Below are positions 18,093-29,389 of a stretch of 64,000 nucleotides of DNA, piece by piece. A model generated the notes under the pieces. That model was not told where the DNA came from and searched no databases. It worked only from the letters and a program-made list of their open reading frames with translations. Position 1 is the first letter of the stretch, and the number at the start of each line of letters is the position of its first letter. The translations under genes and the position numbers were made by a program. The stretch is from an uncultured delta proteobacterium (GTDB lineage: Bacteria; Myxococcota; Myxococcia; Myxococcales; Anaeromyxobacteraceae), in assembly GCA_963766715.1 (NCBI GenBank), contig CAVYBH010000012.1:712916-776915 (forward strand). The letters run 5' to 3'.

Positions 18093-19418
18093 TCAGAGCA
18101 GGTTCGCGGCCAGCTCGGCGAGCGGCGAGCGCTCCCCCTTCGACAGGGTCACGTGCCCGGCCAGCTTCTCCTGCTGGAAGCGGTTCACCACGTGGACGAG
18201 GCCGTTGTTGGTCTGGTCGACGTACGGATTGTCGATCTGGTACGGGTCGCCGGTGAGCACGATCTTCGTGCCGTCGCCCACCCGGGTGATGATGGTCTTC
18301 ACCTCGTGGGGCGTGAGGTTCTGCGCCTCGTCGACGATCATGAACTGGTTGGGGATGGAGCGCCCGCGGATGTAGGTCAGGGGCTCGATCTCCAGGATGC
18401 CCAGGTCGACCAGCTCGTGGTACCCGCGCCCGAGCTTCTTCTCGGACCGCGACAGGTTCATCAGGTACTCGACGTTGTCGAAGATGGGCTGCATCCAGGG
18501 GTTGAGCTTCTCCTCCACCGAGCCGGGCAGGTAGCCGATGTCGCGCCCGAGCGGGAAGATCGGGCGGGAGACGAGGAGCTTCTGGTAGGCCGACTCCTCC
18601 ATCGTCTTGTGCAGGCCGGCGGCGATGGCGAGCAGCGTCTTCCCCGTGCCCGCCTTGCCCACGATGGTCACGAGACGGATCTCGTCGTTCAGGAGCAGGT
18701 CGAGGGCGAACGACTGCTCCTTGTTGCGCGGGCGGATGCCCCAGGTCCCCTCCTTGGGGAGCTTGATGAGCGGGACGTACGCCTGGCGCGGCGCGCTGAA
18801 CTTGCCCACCGCGCTGTGCTGCGGGTTGTCCCGGTCGCGCAGGACCACGAACTCGTTGGGCGGGGGCGCCGGCAGCCCGGGCGGCAGCGGAACCACCCCC
18901 TGGGCGTAGAACTGGTTCACCGCCTCGGACTCGACCACGACCTCGGCGACGCCGCCCCACATCTCGTCGAGGTCGACCCCCTCGGCGTCGTAGTCCTCGG
19001 TGGTGAGCCCCATCGCGTCGGCGCGGATGCGCAGGTTCGTGTCCTTCGACACGAAGACCGTGGGGAGCTCGCGCTCCCGCTGCGACACGTCGAGCGCCAC
19101 CGCCAGGATGCGGTCGTCGGTGGTGGAGTGGCCGTTGCGCAGCTCCGGGGGGAGCTGCCGGTCGGTGAAGAGGACGCGGATGGTGCCCTTGCCGGGCCCG
19201 ATGGGGACGCCCTCCTTCAGCCGTCCCTGCGCGCGGTAGTCGTCGAGGAACCTCGCCACGGCGCGCGCGTTCCGGCCCAGGCTGGAGAGGTCGCGCTTGA
19301 AGTTGTCGATCTCCTCGATCACGTAGATCGGGACGACGACGTTGTTGTCGTCGAAGGAGAAGATCGAGCGCGGGTCGTGAAGCAGGACGTTGGTGTCGAG
19401 GATGAAGTTCTTCTTCAA
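18093..19418 (-). CDS. PhoH2-type PIN domain + PhoH ATPase
   Basis: N-terminal FILDTNVLLHDP (PIN), GKAGTGKT, IGYLPG, YIRGRS, DEAQN. Confidence 0.93.
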   Translation of the reverse strand: MKKNFILDTNVLLHDPRSIFSFDDNNVVVPIYVIEEIDNFKRDLSSLGRNARAVARFLDDYRAQGRLKEGVPIGPGKGTIRVLFTDRQLPPELRNGHSTTDDRILAVALDVSQRERELPTVFVSKDTNLRIRADAMGLTTEDYDAEGVDLDEMWGGVAEVVVESEAVNQFYAQGVVPLPPGLPAPPPNEFVVLRDRDNPQHSAVGKFSAPRQAYVPLIKLPKEGTWGIRPRNKEQSFALDLLLNDEIRLVTIVGKAGTGKTLLAIAAGLHKTMEESAYQKLLVSRPIFPLGRDIGYLPGSVEEKLNPWMQPIFDNVEYLMNLSRSEKKLGRGYHELVDLGILEIEPLTYIRGRSIPNQFMIVDEAQNLTPHEVKTIITRVGDGTKIVLTGDPYQIDNPYVDQTNNGLVHVVNRFQQEKLAGHVTLSKGERSPLAELAANLL

Positions 19419-19470
19419 GGTCCCACCGCCCCGGGCGGGGGTCGCTGCCTGGCCCCGGGTGGAACCGAGT

Positions 19471-21747
<2,277 letters not shown>

Positions 21748-21751
<4 letters not shown>

Positions 21752-22041
21752 TTCGCGCCTCCGGGCGGTCGAAGCTCGTAGACCCGCTCTCCCGGCCGGA
21801 CGTAGCCCAGGTCCTCGCGGGCGGCCCGCTCGAGCGCCCCCGCGTCACCGGCCAGCGCGCGCGCCTCCCGCCGGAGCCTCAGGTTCTTCTCGCGGAGCTT
21901 GTCGTTCTCCTCCGCGACCCGGCGCACGTCGACGGCGAGCGCGCGGTGCTTGCGCAGGCCGGCCGGATGGAGCGCGGAGGCGGCGAGCAGCACCACGAGG
22001 GTGCCGAGGTAGGCAAAGAGCCATGGTTTCGCGAGCTTCAC
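21748..22041 (-). CDS. ftsB: Septum formation initiator FtsB/DivIC family
   Basis: TM helix, coiled coil, LERAAREDLGYVRPGE. Confidence 0.85.
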
Positions 22042-22122
22042 GTGCCACGGCCAACCTACCAGGGGCGTCCCAATCGTCCAGAAATCGGCCGATACCCGGG
22101 CGCCTTGCCCGGGCGGCGCCGG

Positions 22123-22797
22123 TCAGCGCTTCTCGAGCCGCTTCACGAAGATCTCGCCGGCAATCTCGGGGTCGATGGCCACCGTGGTCTCGCCAATCTC
22201 GAGGACGAAGGCCGGCGAGCGCTGGTGGAGCCGGATCTCGCTGCCCGGGACGACGCCCAGGGCCGCCAGGCGATCCATGCGGTCGTGGAACTTCGGGGCG
22301 ATGAAGACGATCCGGCCGGTCTCCCCCACCGGGAAGTGCGGCAGGCCGGTCACGAGCGGCCGGACCGTCTTGTGGAAGGCGCCGCAGCAGTCGCCGGGCG
22401 GGATCGACTTCCCGTGCGGGCAGGTCGGCGGGTGGCCGAGGAGCGTGCAGACCGAGTCGGTGGCCTCCGGCGAGAGGATGTGCTCGAACTCGCAGGCCTG
22501 GCTCTCCGCCGCACCGTCCGAGAGGTCGAGCAGGTCGCGGAAGAGCCGCTCGGCGAGCCGGTGGCGCCGGATCACCCCGCGCGCGCGGGCCTGGCCGGTC
22601 TCGGTCAGGGCCACGCGGTCCCCGTCGACGCGGGCGAGCCCCATGTCCTGGAGCTCCCGGAAGTCGCCGGCGCCCGGCGCCGGGGCGTGGTCGCCGAGCC
22701 GCTGCAGGACGTGCGCGACGTCGCTCCGGCCCGACTCACCCTCGGCGAAGATCGCCTCGAGGAGCTCCTCCACCCTTCGCCCGTCCATGACGTTCAC
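22123..22797 (-). CDS. DtxR/MntR-family metal-binding protein fused to a C-terminal FeoA domain
   Basis: LTETG...IRRHRLAE...ACEFEH...LLGHPPTCPHGKSIP then RLAALGVVPGSEI (FeoA); GTG overlaps the upstream stop. Confidence 0.88.
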   Translation of the reverse strand: MNVMDGRRVEELLEAIFAEGESGRSDVAHVLQRLGDHAPAPGAGDFRELQDMGLARVDGDRVALTETGQARARGVIRRHRLAERLFRDLLDLSDGAAESQACEFEHILSPEATDSVCTLLGHPPTCPHGKSIPPGDCCGAFHKTVRPLVTGLPHFPVGETGRIVFIAPKFHDRMDRLAALGVVPGSEIRLHQRSPAFVLEIGETTVAIDPEIAGEIFVKRLEKR

Positions 22798-23009
22798 CGT
22801 GTGTTCTCCCTGCGCCGGTCCAGCCAGCCCTTGAGCCGCCCCGCCCATCCGGTCTCCTGCGGGAACGAGTACCCGCAGGAGGGACAGCACACCACCCGGC
22901 AGCCCTGGGCCAGCGGGCAGCTGGGGCGGCAGCCCTGGCCCTCGGCGTCGAAGGCCTTCCCGCACAGCGGGCACCGCTCCTCTCGTGGGACCAGCGCGGG
23001 CACGTTCAC
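22794..23009 (-). CDS. Small Cys-rich protein (71 aa) in the feo operon
   Basis: MNVPALVPREERCPLCGKAFDAEGQGCRPSCPLAQGCRVVCCPSCGYSFPQETG...; abuts feoB and overlaps the next gene. Confidence 0.75.
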   Translation of the reverse strand: MNVPALVPREERCPLCGKAFDAEGQGCRPSCPLAQGCRVVCCPSCGYSFPQETGWAGRLKGWLDRRRENTR

Positions 23010-23011
23010 TC

Positions 23012-25073
23012 CTAGAAGAACCGGCGCATGAGGAGGTTCAGCCCGGCCCCGACGCCGACCGAGAAGGGAAGGACGAAGGCGGCGATGGCCATCCCGGTCT
23101 TCCATCCCCGCTCCTTCAGGATCATGAGGAAGTTGGCGATGCAGGGGATGAACAGGGTGACGGTGACGAGCGCCACGGTCACCTGGATCTCCATCACCCG
23201 GGTCATGGTCCCCGTCTCCATGTAGGGACGGTAGATCTGGAACAGCCCCGCGGCGGCGTAGTCGCGCCGCAGGAATCCCAGGATGAAGGCGCTCGCCGAC
23301 TGCTCCGGCAGCTGCAGGAGGCCGACCACCACCGGCGAGGCCGCCCGCTCCACCACGCCGAGCAGGTGGGTGCGGTCGAGCCCCCAGAGGAGCAGCGTCC
23401 CCAGCACGAAGAGGGGCAGGGCCTCGCGCAGGTACCACTCCATGCGGGCCAGCGTCTTCACCAGCACGTTGCCGAACTGGGGGACCCGCAGCGGCGGGAG
23501 CTCGAGCACGAAGTCGGAGCCGCGCCCCGGGATGACCCGCGCCGCCAGCCAGCCGACCAGGAAGAGCACGAGGACGATGACGGCGGTGAACCAGAGGGAC
23601 GCAGCCAGCGAGAGCCCGCCGAGCATGGCGAAGATGACCGCGATCTGGGCGCTGCAGGGGACGCCGAGCGCGAGCAGGAGCGTGACGATGACGCGCTCCT
23701 TGCGGGTCTCCATGATCCGGGCGGTCATGGTGGCCATGGTGTCGCAGCCCAGGCCGAGCACCATGGGGAGCACCGCCTTGCCGTTCAGCCCCATCCACTT
23801 GAAGACCTTGTTCACCATCACGGCCAGCCTCGGCAGGTACCCCGAGTCCTCGAGCACGCTGAACGAGAGGAAGAAGGTGGCCACGATGGGGAGCACGATG
23901 GCCATGCCGTAGGCGAGCCCCATGGAGACGAGCCCGTACCTCCCCACGATGAGCCCGTTGGTGTCGCGGAAGGAGAGGCCCGGGGGACCGACCAGGAAGT
24001 CCTGGACGCCGCCGGCCGGCACGAGCCAGCGCACCAGCGGCCTCGGTCCAGGGCACCAGGTACTCGTAGAAGATGGTGTTCTCGAAGAAGTCGACCGCCG
24101 TCTTGGCGCCGAACACGCCCACGAAGAGGTAGGCGATGGCGAGGACCACGAGCAGGATGGGGATCCCGTAGATCGGGTCGGTCGACCAGGCGCCGATCCG
24201 GCGGGCCAGCACGCTCCCCGCCGAGACCTTCCCGCGCGTCACCACCAGGTCGTGGAGCCGGTCGGCCGCGGCCAGGCGCTGCCGGGCGATGACGTAGCGG
24301 AGCGACTCCGGATAGCGCGCGGCGAGCGCGCGGCGGCTCTCGTCGAGCCGGGCCAGCTCCGCCTCCCCGATCCGGGAGGCCAGCCAGGGCCGGAGCGACT
24401 CGTCGCCGGCGAGCACCATGAGGGCGAGCGCGCGCCGGGACACCTTTCCCTCCGGCAGGATCGGCTCGATCCCCGCGACCGCCGCCTCGATGGCCTCGTC
24501 GTAGCGGACCCGCAGCCGGGCGGGCCGGGCCTCCGGGATGCGCTCGAGCAGGAGCGGCAGGCCGGTGCGCTGCACCGCGACGGTCGAGACCACGTCGATG
24601 CCCAGCTCGGCGGACAGCCGGTCCACGTCGATCCGGAACCCGCGGGCGGCCGCCTCGTCCGCCATGTTGAGCGCGAGGGTGAAGGGCACGCCGGCCTCGG
24701 CCAGCTGGGCGGCCAGCAGGAGCCCGCGCCGCAGGTTCTTCGCGTCGCACACCTGGAGGCAGACGTACTCCGGCTCCTTCAGGAGGATGTCCCGGGTGAC
24801 CTGCTCGTCCTCCGACATGGGCAGCAGGTTGTTCGTGCCCGGCGTGTCGAGGACGTGCCACCGCCCCCCGGAGATCTCCGCCGAGCCCCTCGTCACCTCG
24901 ACCGTCGTGCCGGGGTAGTTCGAGACCGTGACGTACTTGCCGGTCAGCGCCCCGAAGAGGACGCTCTTGCCCACGTTCGGGTTCCCGACCAGGACGAGCG
25001 TCCGGGGCGCCGCCACGATCTCCTTGTGATCGAGCGGCTCGGTTCGCGCGGCGGCGGCGGACGAACGGGTCAC
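23012..25073 (-). CDS. feoB: Ferrous iron transporter FeoB (indel near 24042)
   Basis: GNPNVGKS, NYPGTTVE, DTPG, NMAD G-domain motifs; LEDSGYLPR, GLGC, PCSA and FIPC membrane motifs. Confidence 0.95.
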
Positions 25074-25582
25074 GGCCGCACGTCCCGGGCGCCGGGTTCG
25101 CCGCGGCGGCAGCGCTCGCAGCGCCCGTAGAGCTCCAGCTTGTGGCTCTCCACCTCGAAGCCGTGGCTCCGGGCCACCCGGATCTGGAGCTCCTCGATCT
25201 TCTCGTTCTCGAACTCGACGATGCGCCCGCAGCCCGTGCAGATGAGGTGATCGTGGTGGGAGCGGCCGCTGGCCGGCTCGTAGCGGGTCTGCCCGTCCTC
25301 GAACCGGCGCGGGACCGCAATCCCGCACTCGGCGAGCAGCTTCATGGTCCGGTACACGGTGGCCACGCTCACCCGGGCGTCGAGCGCGCGGACCCGGGCG
25401 ACCAGCCCGTCCACGGGCACGTGGCCGCCCATGGCGTAGAAGGTCTCCACGATCACGTCGCGCTGCCGGGAGTGCTTGAGCCCCCGCTCCTCGAGCCAGT
25501 GCCCGAGCCGGGCCAGCGCGGCCGGGGCGCCGTCGACCGGTGCCTCGGCGCTCGTTCGTTCGGTCTTTCGTCGAGAGGGCAT
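25070..25582 (-). CDS. fur: Ferric uptake regulator
   Basis: SRQRDVI...VSVATVYRTMKLL...HHDHLICTGCGRIVEF...HKLELYGRCERC. Confidence 0.93.
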   Translation of the reverse strand: MPSRRKTERTSAEAPVDGAPAALARLGHWLEERGLKHSRQRDVIVETFYAMGGHVPVDGLVARVRALDARVSVATVYRTMKLLAECGIAVPRRFEDGQTRYEPASGRSHHDHLICTGCGRIVEFENEKIEELQIRVARSHGFEVESHKLELYGRCERCRRGEPGARDVRP

Positions 25583-25585
25583 ATT

Positions 25586-25604
25586 GATAACGATTCTCAT
25601 TATC
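25586..25604 (-). promoter_or_regulatory. Fur box
   Basis: GATAATGAGAATCGTTATC, 17/19 match to the classical GATAATGATAATCATTATC, 3 nt upstream of the fur ATG. Confidence 0.9.
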
Positions 25605-25659
25605 CCATGACGGACGAGAAGGCAAGCGGGAACTGCGCCCGGCCCGGCCGCACCCGCTC

Positions 25660-26265
25660 CTAGGGAGGGAAGGCGACGCCGCGCGAGGACCAGAAGGTGC
25701 GCCAGCGCTGCGCCGCCTCGGGCCCCTCCCCGCCTGCATCGTGTCCCGCCAGCGCGACGAGCGATGCGCTGGCCTGCCGGCGCACCTCGGCGGAAGGGTC
25801 CTCGAGGAGGGTGACCAGCCGGGGCACGTACCGCCGGGCATCCGCCTGCGTGCGATGGCGGGCCAGCTCCGCCGCCATGGCGCGGGCCTCCGGATCGGCC
25901 GCGCGCAGCTGCCGGGTCAGGTCGACCGGCGGGGTCGCGCCGGATGCCTTCCACTTCTCGACCGATCCCGGCAGGAAGAGCACGAGCACGAGCGCGAGGA
26001 ATCCCAGCTGAACGAAGGCCTTCCCGGCGTGGTAGCGCCCGGCGCGGACGAGCGTGTAGCGGTAGGCGGTGAAGCCGATGGCGAAGGCGCCGAGCAGCAG
26101 CGGGGCCACGAGGAGCTCGGGGCGACGCCCGGCGCCGGCGCCGGGCTCGTTGCCGCCCGGGATGAGGAGAGCCGCCGCCGCCGCGCCGAGGAGCAGGAGG
26201 TAGAGCACGACCCGCGCGGAGCGGGCCGCCGGGGTGAGTTCCCGGTCGCGGGGTTCGGGGGGCAT
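25660..26265 (-). CDS. Membrane protein with C-terminal HEAT repeats
   Basis: Three hydrophobic segments then DPEARAMAAELA and LLEDPSAEVRRQASASL. Confidence 0.75.
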   Translation of the reverse strand: MPPEPRDRELTPAARSARVVLYLLLLGAAAAALLIPGGNEPGAGAGRRPELLVAPLLLGAFAIGFTAYRYTLVRAGRYHAGKAFVQLGFLALVLVLFLPGSVEKWKASGATPPVDLTRQLRAADPEARAMAAELARHRTQADARRYVPRLVTLLEDPSAEVRRQASASLVALAGHDAGGEGPEAAQRWRTFWSSRGVAFPP

Positions 26266-26385
26266 CCGGGCCATCTTATCAACCGCCGCGCCGCACTCCA
26301 CGAATCTGCCCGCGGAACCGGCGCGGTCCGGCGGGGCGTGCCCGGGTCCCGGGGCGGTCGCCGCCTCGCCTGCCGGCTCGTCGCA

Positions 26386-27546
26386 CTTGACTGGCGAGCC
26401 TCCCTGCCGCACCTTGCCCCGCGATGCCCGGAGATCGACCGCGAGTTCCTTCACCGGGCCGTCCGCTGGTGCGCCGAGTCCGGCCGCCCGGCCCGCGAGG
26501 AGGACGTCCGCACCGTCCTCGAGCCCCTCGGCTGGGACGAGTTGCTGGCGGTGAAAGCCACCCTGGCCGACCCGCCCCCGGCGCGGAATCTCTCCCCCGC
26601 CGACCTGGTGGCGCTGTCCCGCAGCGGGCCCCAGCCTTCCCTCGGCCGCGAAGGACCGGGAGGCGCCCGTCCGCGCGAGCGCCGAGGAAGAAGGGGGCCC
26701 GCGCGCCCCGGCCGGCAGCCGGACCGCGAATCCGGCGGGCCCGGGACCAGGTCGCCGTCTCCCGCGCCGGGAATGGCCGCCCTCCCCCTCCTCGACGGGC
26801 TCTTCCGCGAGTCGGGGCGGGCGGAGCTCGGCCGCCTCGTCCGCCGCACGGGGGCCAATCGCATCGCCCTGCTCGCCGACCTGGCGACCCGCTGGGCCTC
26901 CGGAGCGGGAGCGCCCCCCACGAGCGACGACCTGGACCGCCTCCTCGAGCACCACGGGCTCACCCGGGGCTTCGCCGAGCGGGAGCGGGCCCTCTACCTG
27001 CACGCGGTCCGCAAGCACGGCGGCGTGATGATCCGGATGGCGCGCGAGCTGGGTGCGACGCCGGAGGACATCCGGGGCGCCATCGACCGGCTCGGCCTCC
27101 GCGCCGCGACCGACTCGGTGCGCGAGCTCCGCCGGCGGGTCCTCGATCGCAAGGCGACCCTCTCGGAACGCGCCCGCCTGCTCGACGAGGAGGCGGATGC
27201 CCTGGCCGACCTCGGGCTCCTGGCCCGCTACGAGGACGACCTCCGCCGGCGGCTGCCGGAGCACCTCCGCGCGCTCTCCGTCGGTGGGCGCAGCCCGTCG
27301 GCGGCCGACCTGGGGCGCAGCCTGTCCCTCTCCCGGAGCGCGGTGGACCGCCTGGTGCTCCGGTTCGGGCTCCGGCTCCGACCCTCCCCGGCCGGACGAG
27401 GCGAGCGGTCGGAACGCCCCGAGCAATCGGGCCGTCCCGGCGCCCCCCGGCGACCTGGACCGCGCGGCGCAGGTGCGGGCGCAGGCGCACCCCGGCGCCC
27501 ATCCGGGACGCGCCCGCCGCCCCGGGGCGGCCGCCGTCCACTTTGA
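26386..27546 (+). CDS. Hypothetical protein with Fis-like HTH segments (start uncertain)
   Basis: Protein-like composition from LDWRASLPHLAPRC; LHAVRKHGGVMIRMARELG and AADLGRSLSLSRSAVDRL look HTH-like; no in-frame start seen nearby. Confidence 0.55.
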   Translation, partial: LDWRASLPHLAPRCPEIDREFLHRAVRWCAESGRPAREEDVRTVLEPLGWDELLAVKATLADPPPARNLSPADLVALSRSGPQPSLGREGPGGARPRERRGRRGPARPGRQPDRESGGPGTRSPSPAPGMAALPLLDGLFRESGRAELGRLVRRTGANRIALLADLATRWASGAGAPPTSDDLDRLLEHHGLTRGFAERERALYLHAVRKHGGVMIRMARELGATPEDIRGAIDRLGLRAATDSVRELRRRVLDRKATLSERARLLDEEADALADLGLLARYEDDLRRRLPEHLRALSVGGRSPSAADLGRSLSLSRSAVDRLVLRFGLRLRPSPAGRGERSERPEQSGRPGAPRRPGPRGAGAGAGAPRRPSGTRPPPRGGRRPL

Positions 27547-27577
27547 ACCGCGGCCCTCCGGCTCCTATGATCGGCCC

Positions 27578-27922
27578 ATGCCAATCTACGAGTACCTCTG
27601 CGAGGGCTGCGGGAACGTCAACGAGAAGCTCCAGAAGGTGAACGACCCGCCGCCCGCGAAGTGCGAGGAGTGCGGGAGCCGGAAGCTCGCCAAGCTGGTC
27701 TCGAGAAGCGCGTTCCAGCTGAAGGGCGGAGGCTGGTACTCCGACCTCTACGCCTCGTCGAAGGAGAAGTCCCCCCCGTCGAAGGACGGCAAGGAGGGCT
27801 CGGCCTCCGCGCCCGCCGCCGAGGCCAAGCCGGCAGCGAAGACGGACTCCGCCCCCGCCCCGGCGGCTGCGGCCACGGAGAAGAAGGACAAGAAGCCGAA
27901 GAAGGCGGACTCGCCCGGCTGA
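27578..27922 (+). CDS. FmdB-family zinc ribbon protein with Lys/Ala/Pro tail
   Basis: MPIYEYLCEGCG...CEECG...FQLKGGGWY; TTGAAC-17-TATGAT immediately upstream. Confidence 0.92.
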   Translation: MPIYEYLCEGCGNVNEKLQKVNDPPPAKCEECGSRKLAKLVSRSAFQLKGGGWYSDLYASSKEKSPPSKDGKEGSASAPAAEAKPAAKTDSAPAPAAAATEKKDKKPKKADSPG

Positions 27923-27937
27923 CGCCGCGCCCGGCGG

Positions 27938-28305
27938 CTACTTGGGCTTGGGCGCCGGCTTGCCCTTCTCGAACGAGGCGTTGTCGCCGAACTTGGCGAC
28001 AATCTGCTTCTTCGTCTTCAATCCCGTCTGCTCGATGACGAAGTTGGGAACCCGGCGAGCCCGGCAATCCGCCACCCACCGCTCGAGCTCGGCGCGCGGG
28101 GCGGCGCGAACGGCCGCCTTGCGGGCGCCCTTCGCCCTCCCTTGCCGACGGCCTTGGCGACCTGGGCCCGAAGCTCCTCGTCGATCCGCACCGCGAGAAT
28201 CTCCGCGATTGCGCGCGAGATACCGGCGGAGGCGCGCTCCACCACGCTCTCCACGGCCTGAAGGATGACGTCCTCTGCGCTCTGACGGCTGGCTCGACGG
28301 GGCAT
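27938..28305 (-). CDS. Small basic hypothetical protein (indel near 28140)
   Basis: AAGGAGG RBS; MPRRASRQSAEDVILQAVESVVERASAGISRAIAE... joined to ...RWVADCRARRVPNFVIEQTGLKTKKQIVAKFG. Confidence 0.7.
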
Positions 28306-28424
28306 TCCCCCTCCTTGTGAAAATGGATCCTGCAATTGCATTCAATAGGAGATCGATTGCGCAGGCAAATATCCCGTATTTCCCTATTGCGCAAATCGGG
28401 CGGGGATCTGGTAGGTTCCCGCCG

Positions 28425-28508
28425 GGCCCTCTGGCGAAACGGTAGACGCGCTCGACTCAAAATCGAGTGGGGTCAACCCCCATCCCGGTTCGAGTCCGGG
28501 GAGGGCCA
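28425..28508 (+). tRNA. tRNA-Leu (CAA), CCA not encoded
   Basis: GGCCCTC acceptor, CTCGA-CTCAAAA-TCGAG anticodon arm, long variable arm, CCCGG-TTCGAGT-CCGGG. Confidence 0.95.
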
Positions 28509-28571
28509 TTTCCCCTTGCGGGGGCGGGTCGGCGCCGTGTATCCATCCCGCACCTCCCCCACGGAGCATCC

Positions 28572-29300
28572 ATGTACAACCTCCTCATCAGCCTGGCCGC
28601 CGGCCTCGCCGTGACGCTCGCGGTGAGATTCGGGACCAACGTCGGCTGGGTCGGCTCCGTCGTCCCGGGCCTGCTCGCCTTGATGGTCGCCTATTTCCTG
28701 CTCGCCCGGCGGACCTGGAAGCAGCTCGAGGCCCTGATGGGGACCGTCCAGAAGGAATTGCTCGCCCAGAAGCTCGATCGGGCGCTGCAGACCCTCGAGG
28801 GGGGGTTCGCGCTCGCGCCCTGGCAGTTCCTGGTGGCGTCGCAGATCCACTCCCAGATTGGCGTCCTCCGCTACGTCCGGCAGGACTTCTCGGGAGCCTT
28901 TCCCCACCTCCAGAAGAGCTTCTCCCGGCACGGGGTGGCGCGCACCATGCTCGCCCTCTCCCACTACCGGAAGAAGGACCTCGAAGGCATGCGGAAGGTG
29001 TTCGACGACGCGGCCAAGGACAACAAGAAGGACGGCCTGCTCTTCGCGACCTGGGCATGGGTCGAGGAGAAGGAAGGGGCGCACGATCGGGCCATCGCGG
29101 TGCTGGCCCGGGGGCTGAAGACCAACCCGTCCGACGAGAAGCTCAAGGCGGCCGCGCAGGCCCTCCAGAACGACAAGCGGCTCAAGCTGGGCAAGCTCTA
29201 CGGGGAGCAGTGGTTCCAGTTCCACCTGGAGCAGATGCCGCCCCAGATGGCGCCCGCCGGCGGACGCGGCGGCCGCCGGATCGTCTACCAGCGCAGGTAG
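28572..29300 (+). CDS. Membrane-anchored TPR-like protein
   Basis: Two N-terminal TM helices then TPR-like helical pattern; GGAG RBS. Confidence 0.7.
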   Translation: MYNLLISLAAGLAVTLAVRFGTNVGWVGSVVPGLLALMVAYFLLARRTWKQLEALMGTVQKELLAQKLDRALQTLEGGFALAPWQFLVASQIHSQIGVLRYVRQDFSGAFPHLQKSFSRHGVARTMLALSHYRKKDLEGMRKVFDDAAKDNKKDGLLFATWAWVEEKEGAHDRAIAVLARGLKTNPSDEKLKAAAQALQNDKRLKLGKLYGEQWFQFHLEQMPPQMAPAGGRGGRRIVYQRR

Positions 29301-29321
29301 CCGACGTCGCACCGCTCGCGC

Positions 29322-29350
29322 TTTACAGCGTTCGCAACGGCCTGTAGCCT
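29322..29350 (+). promoter_or_regulatory. Putative sigma70 promoter
   Basis: TTTACA-17 nt-TAGCCT upstream of the REC-GGDEF gene. Confidence 0.5.
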
Positions 29351-29389
29351 TTTCGCCAGCGGAAGGGTTCGCGTCCTCGGGGGAGGCAT

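Noticed and set aside
22794..25841. 1015-aa ORF joining the FeoB G-domain to the Cys-rich peptide
   Set aside because: Artefact of the indel near 24042; the FeoB membrane domain continues in another frame
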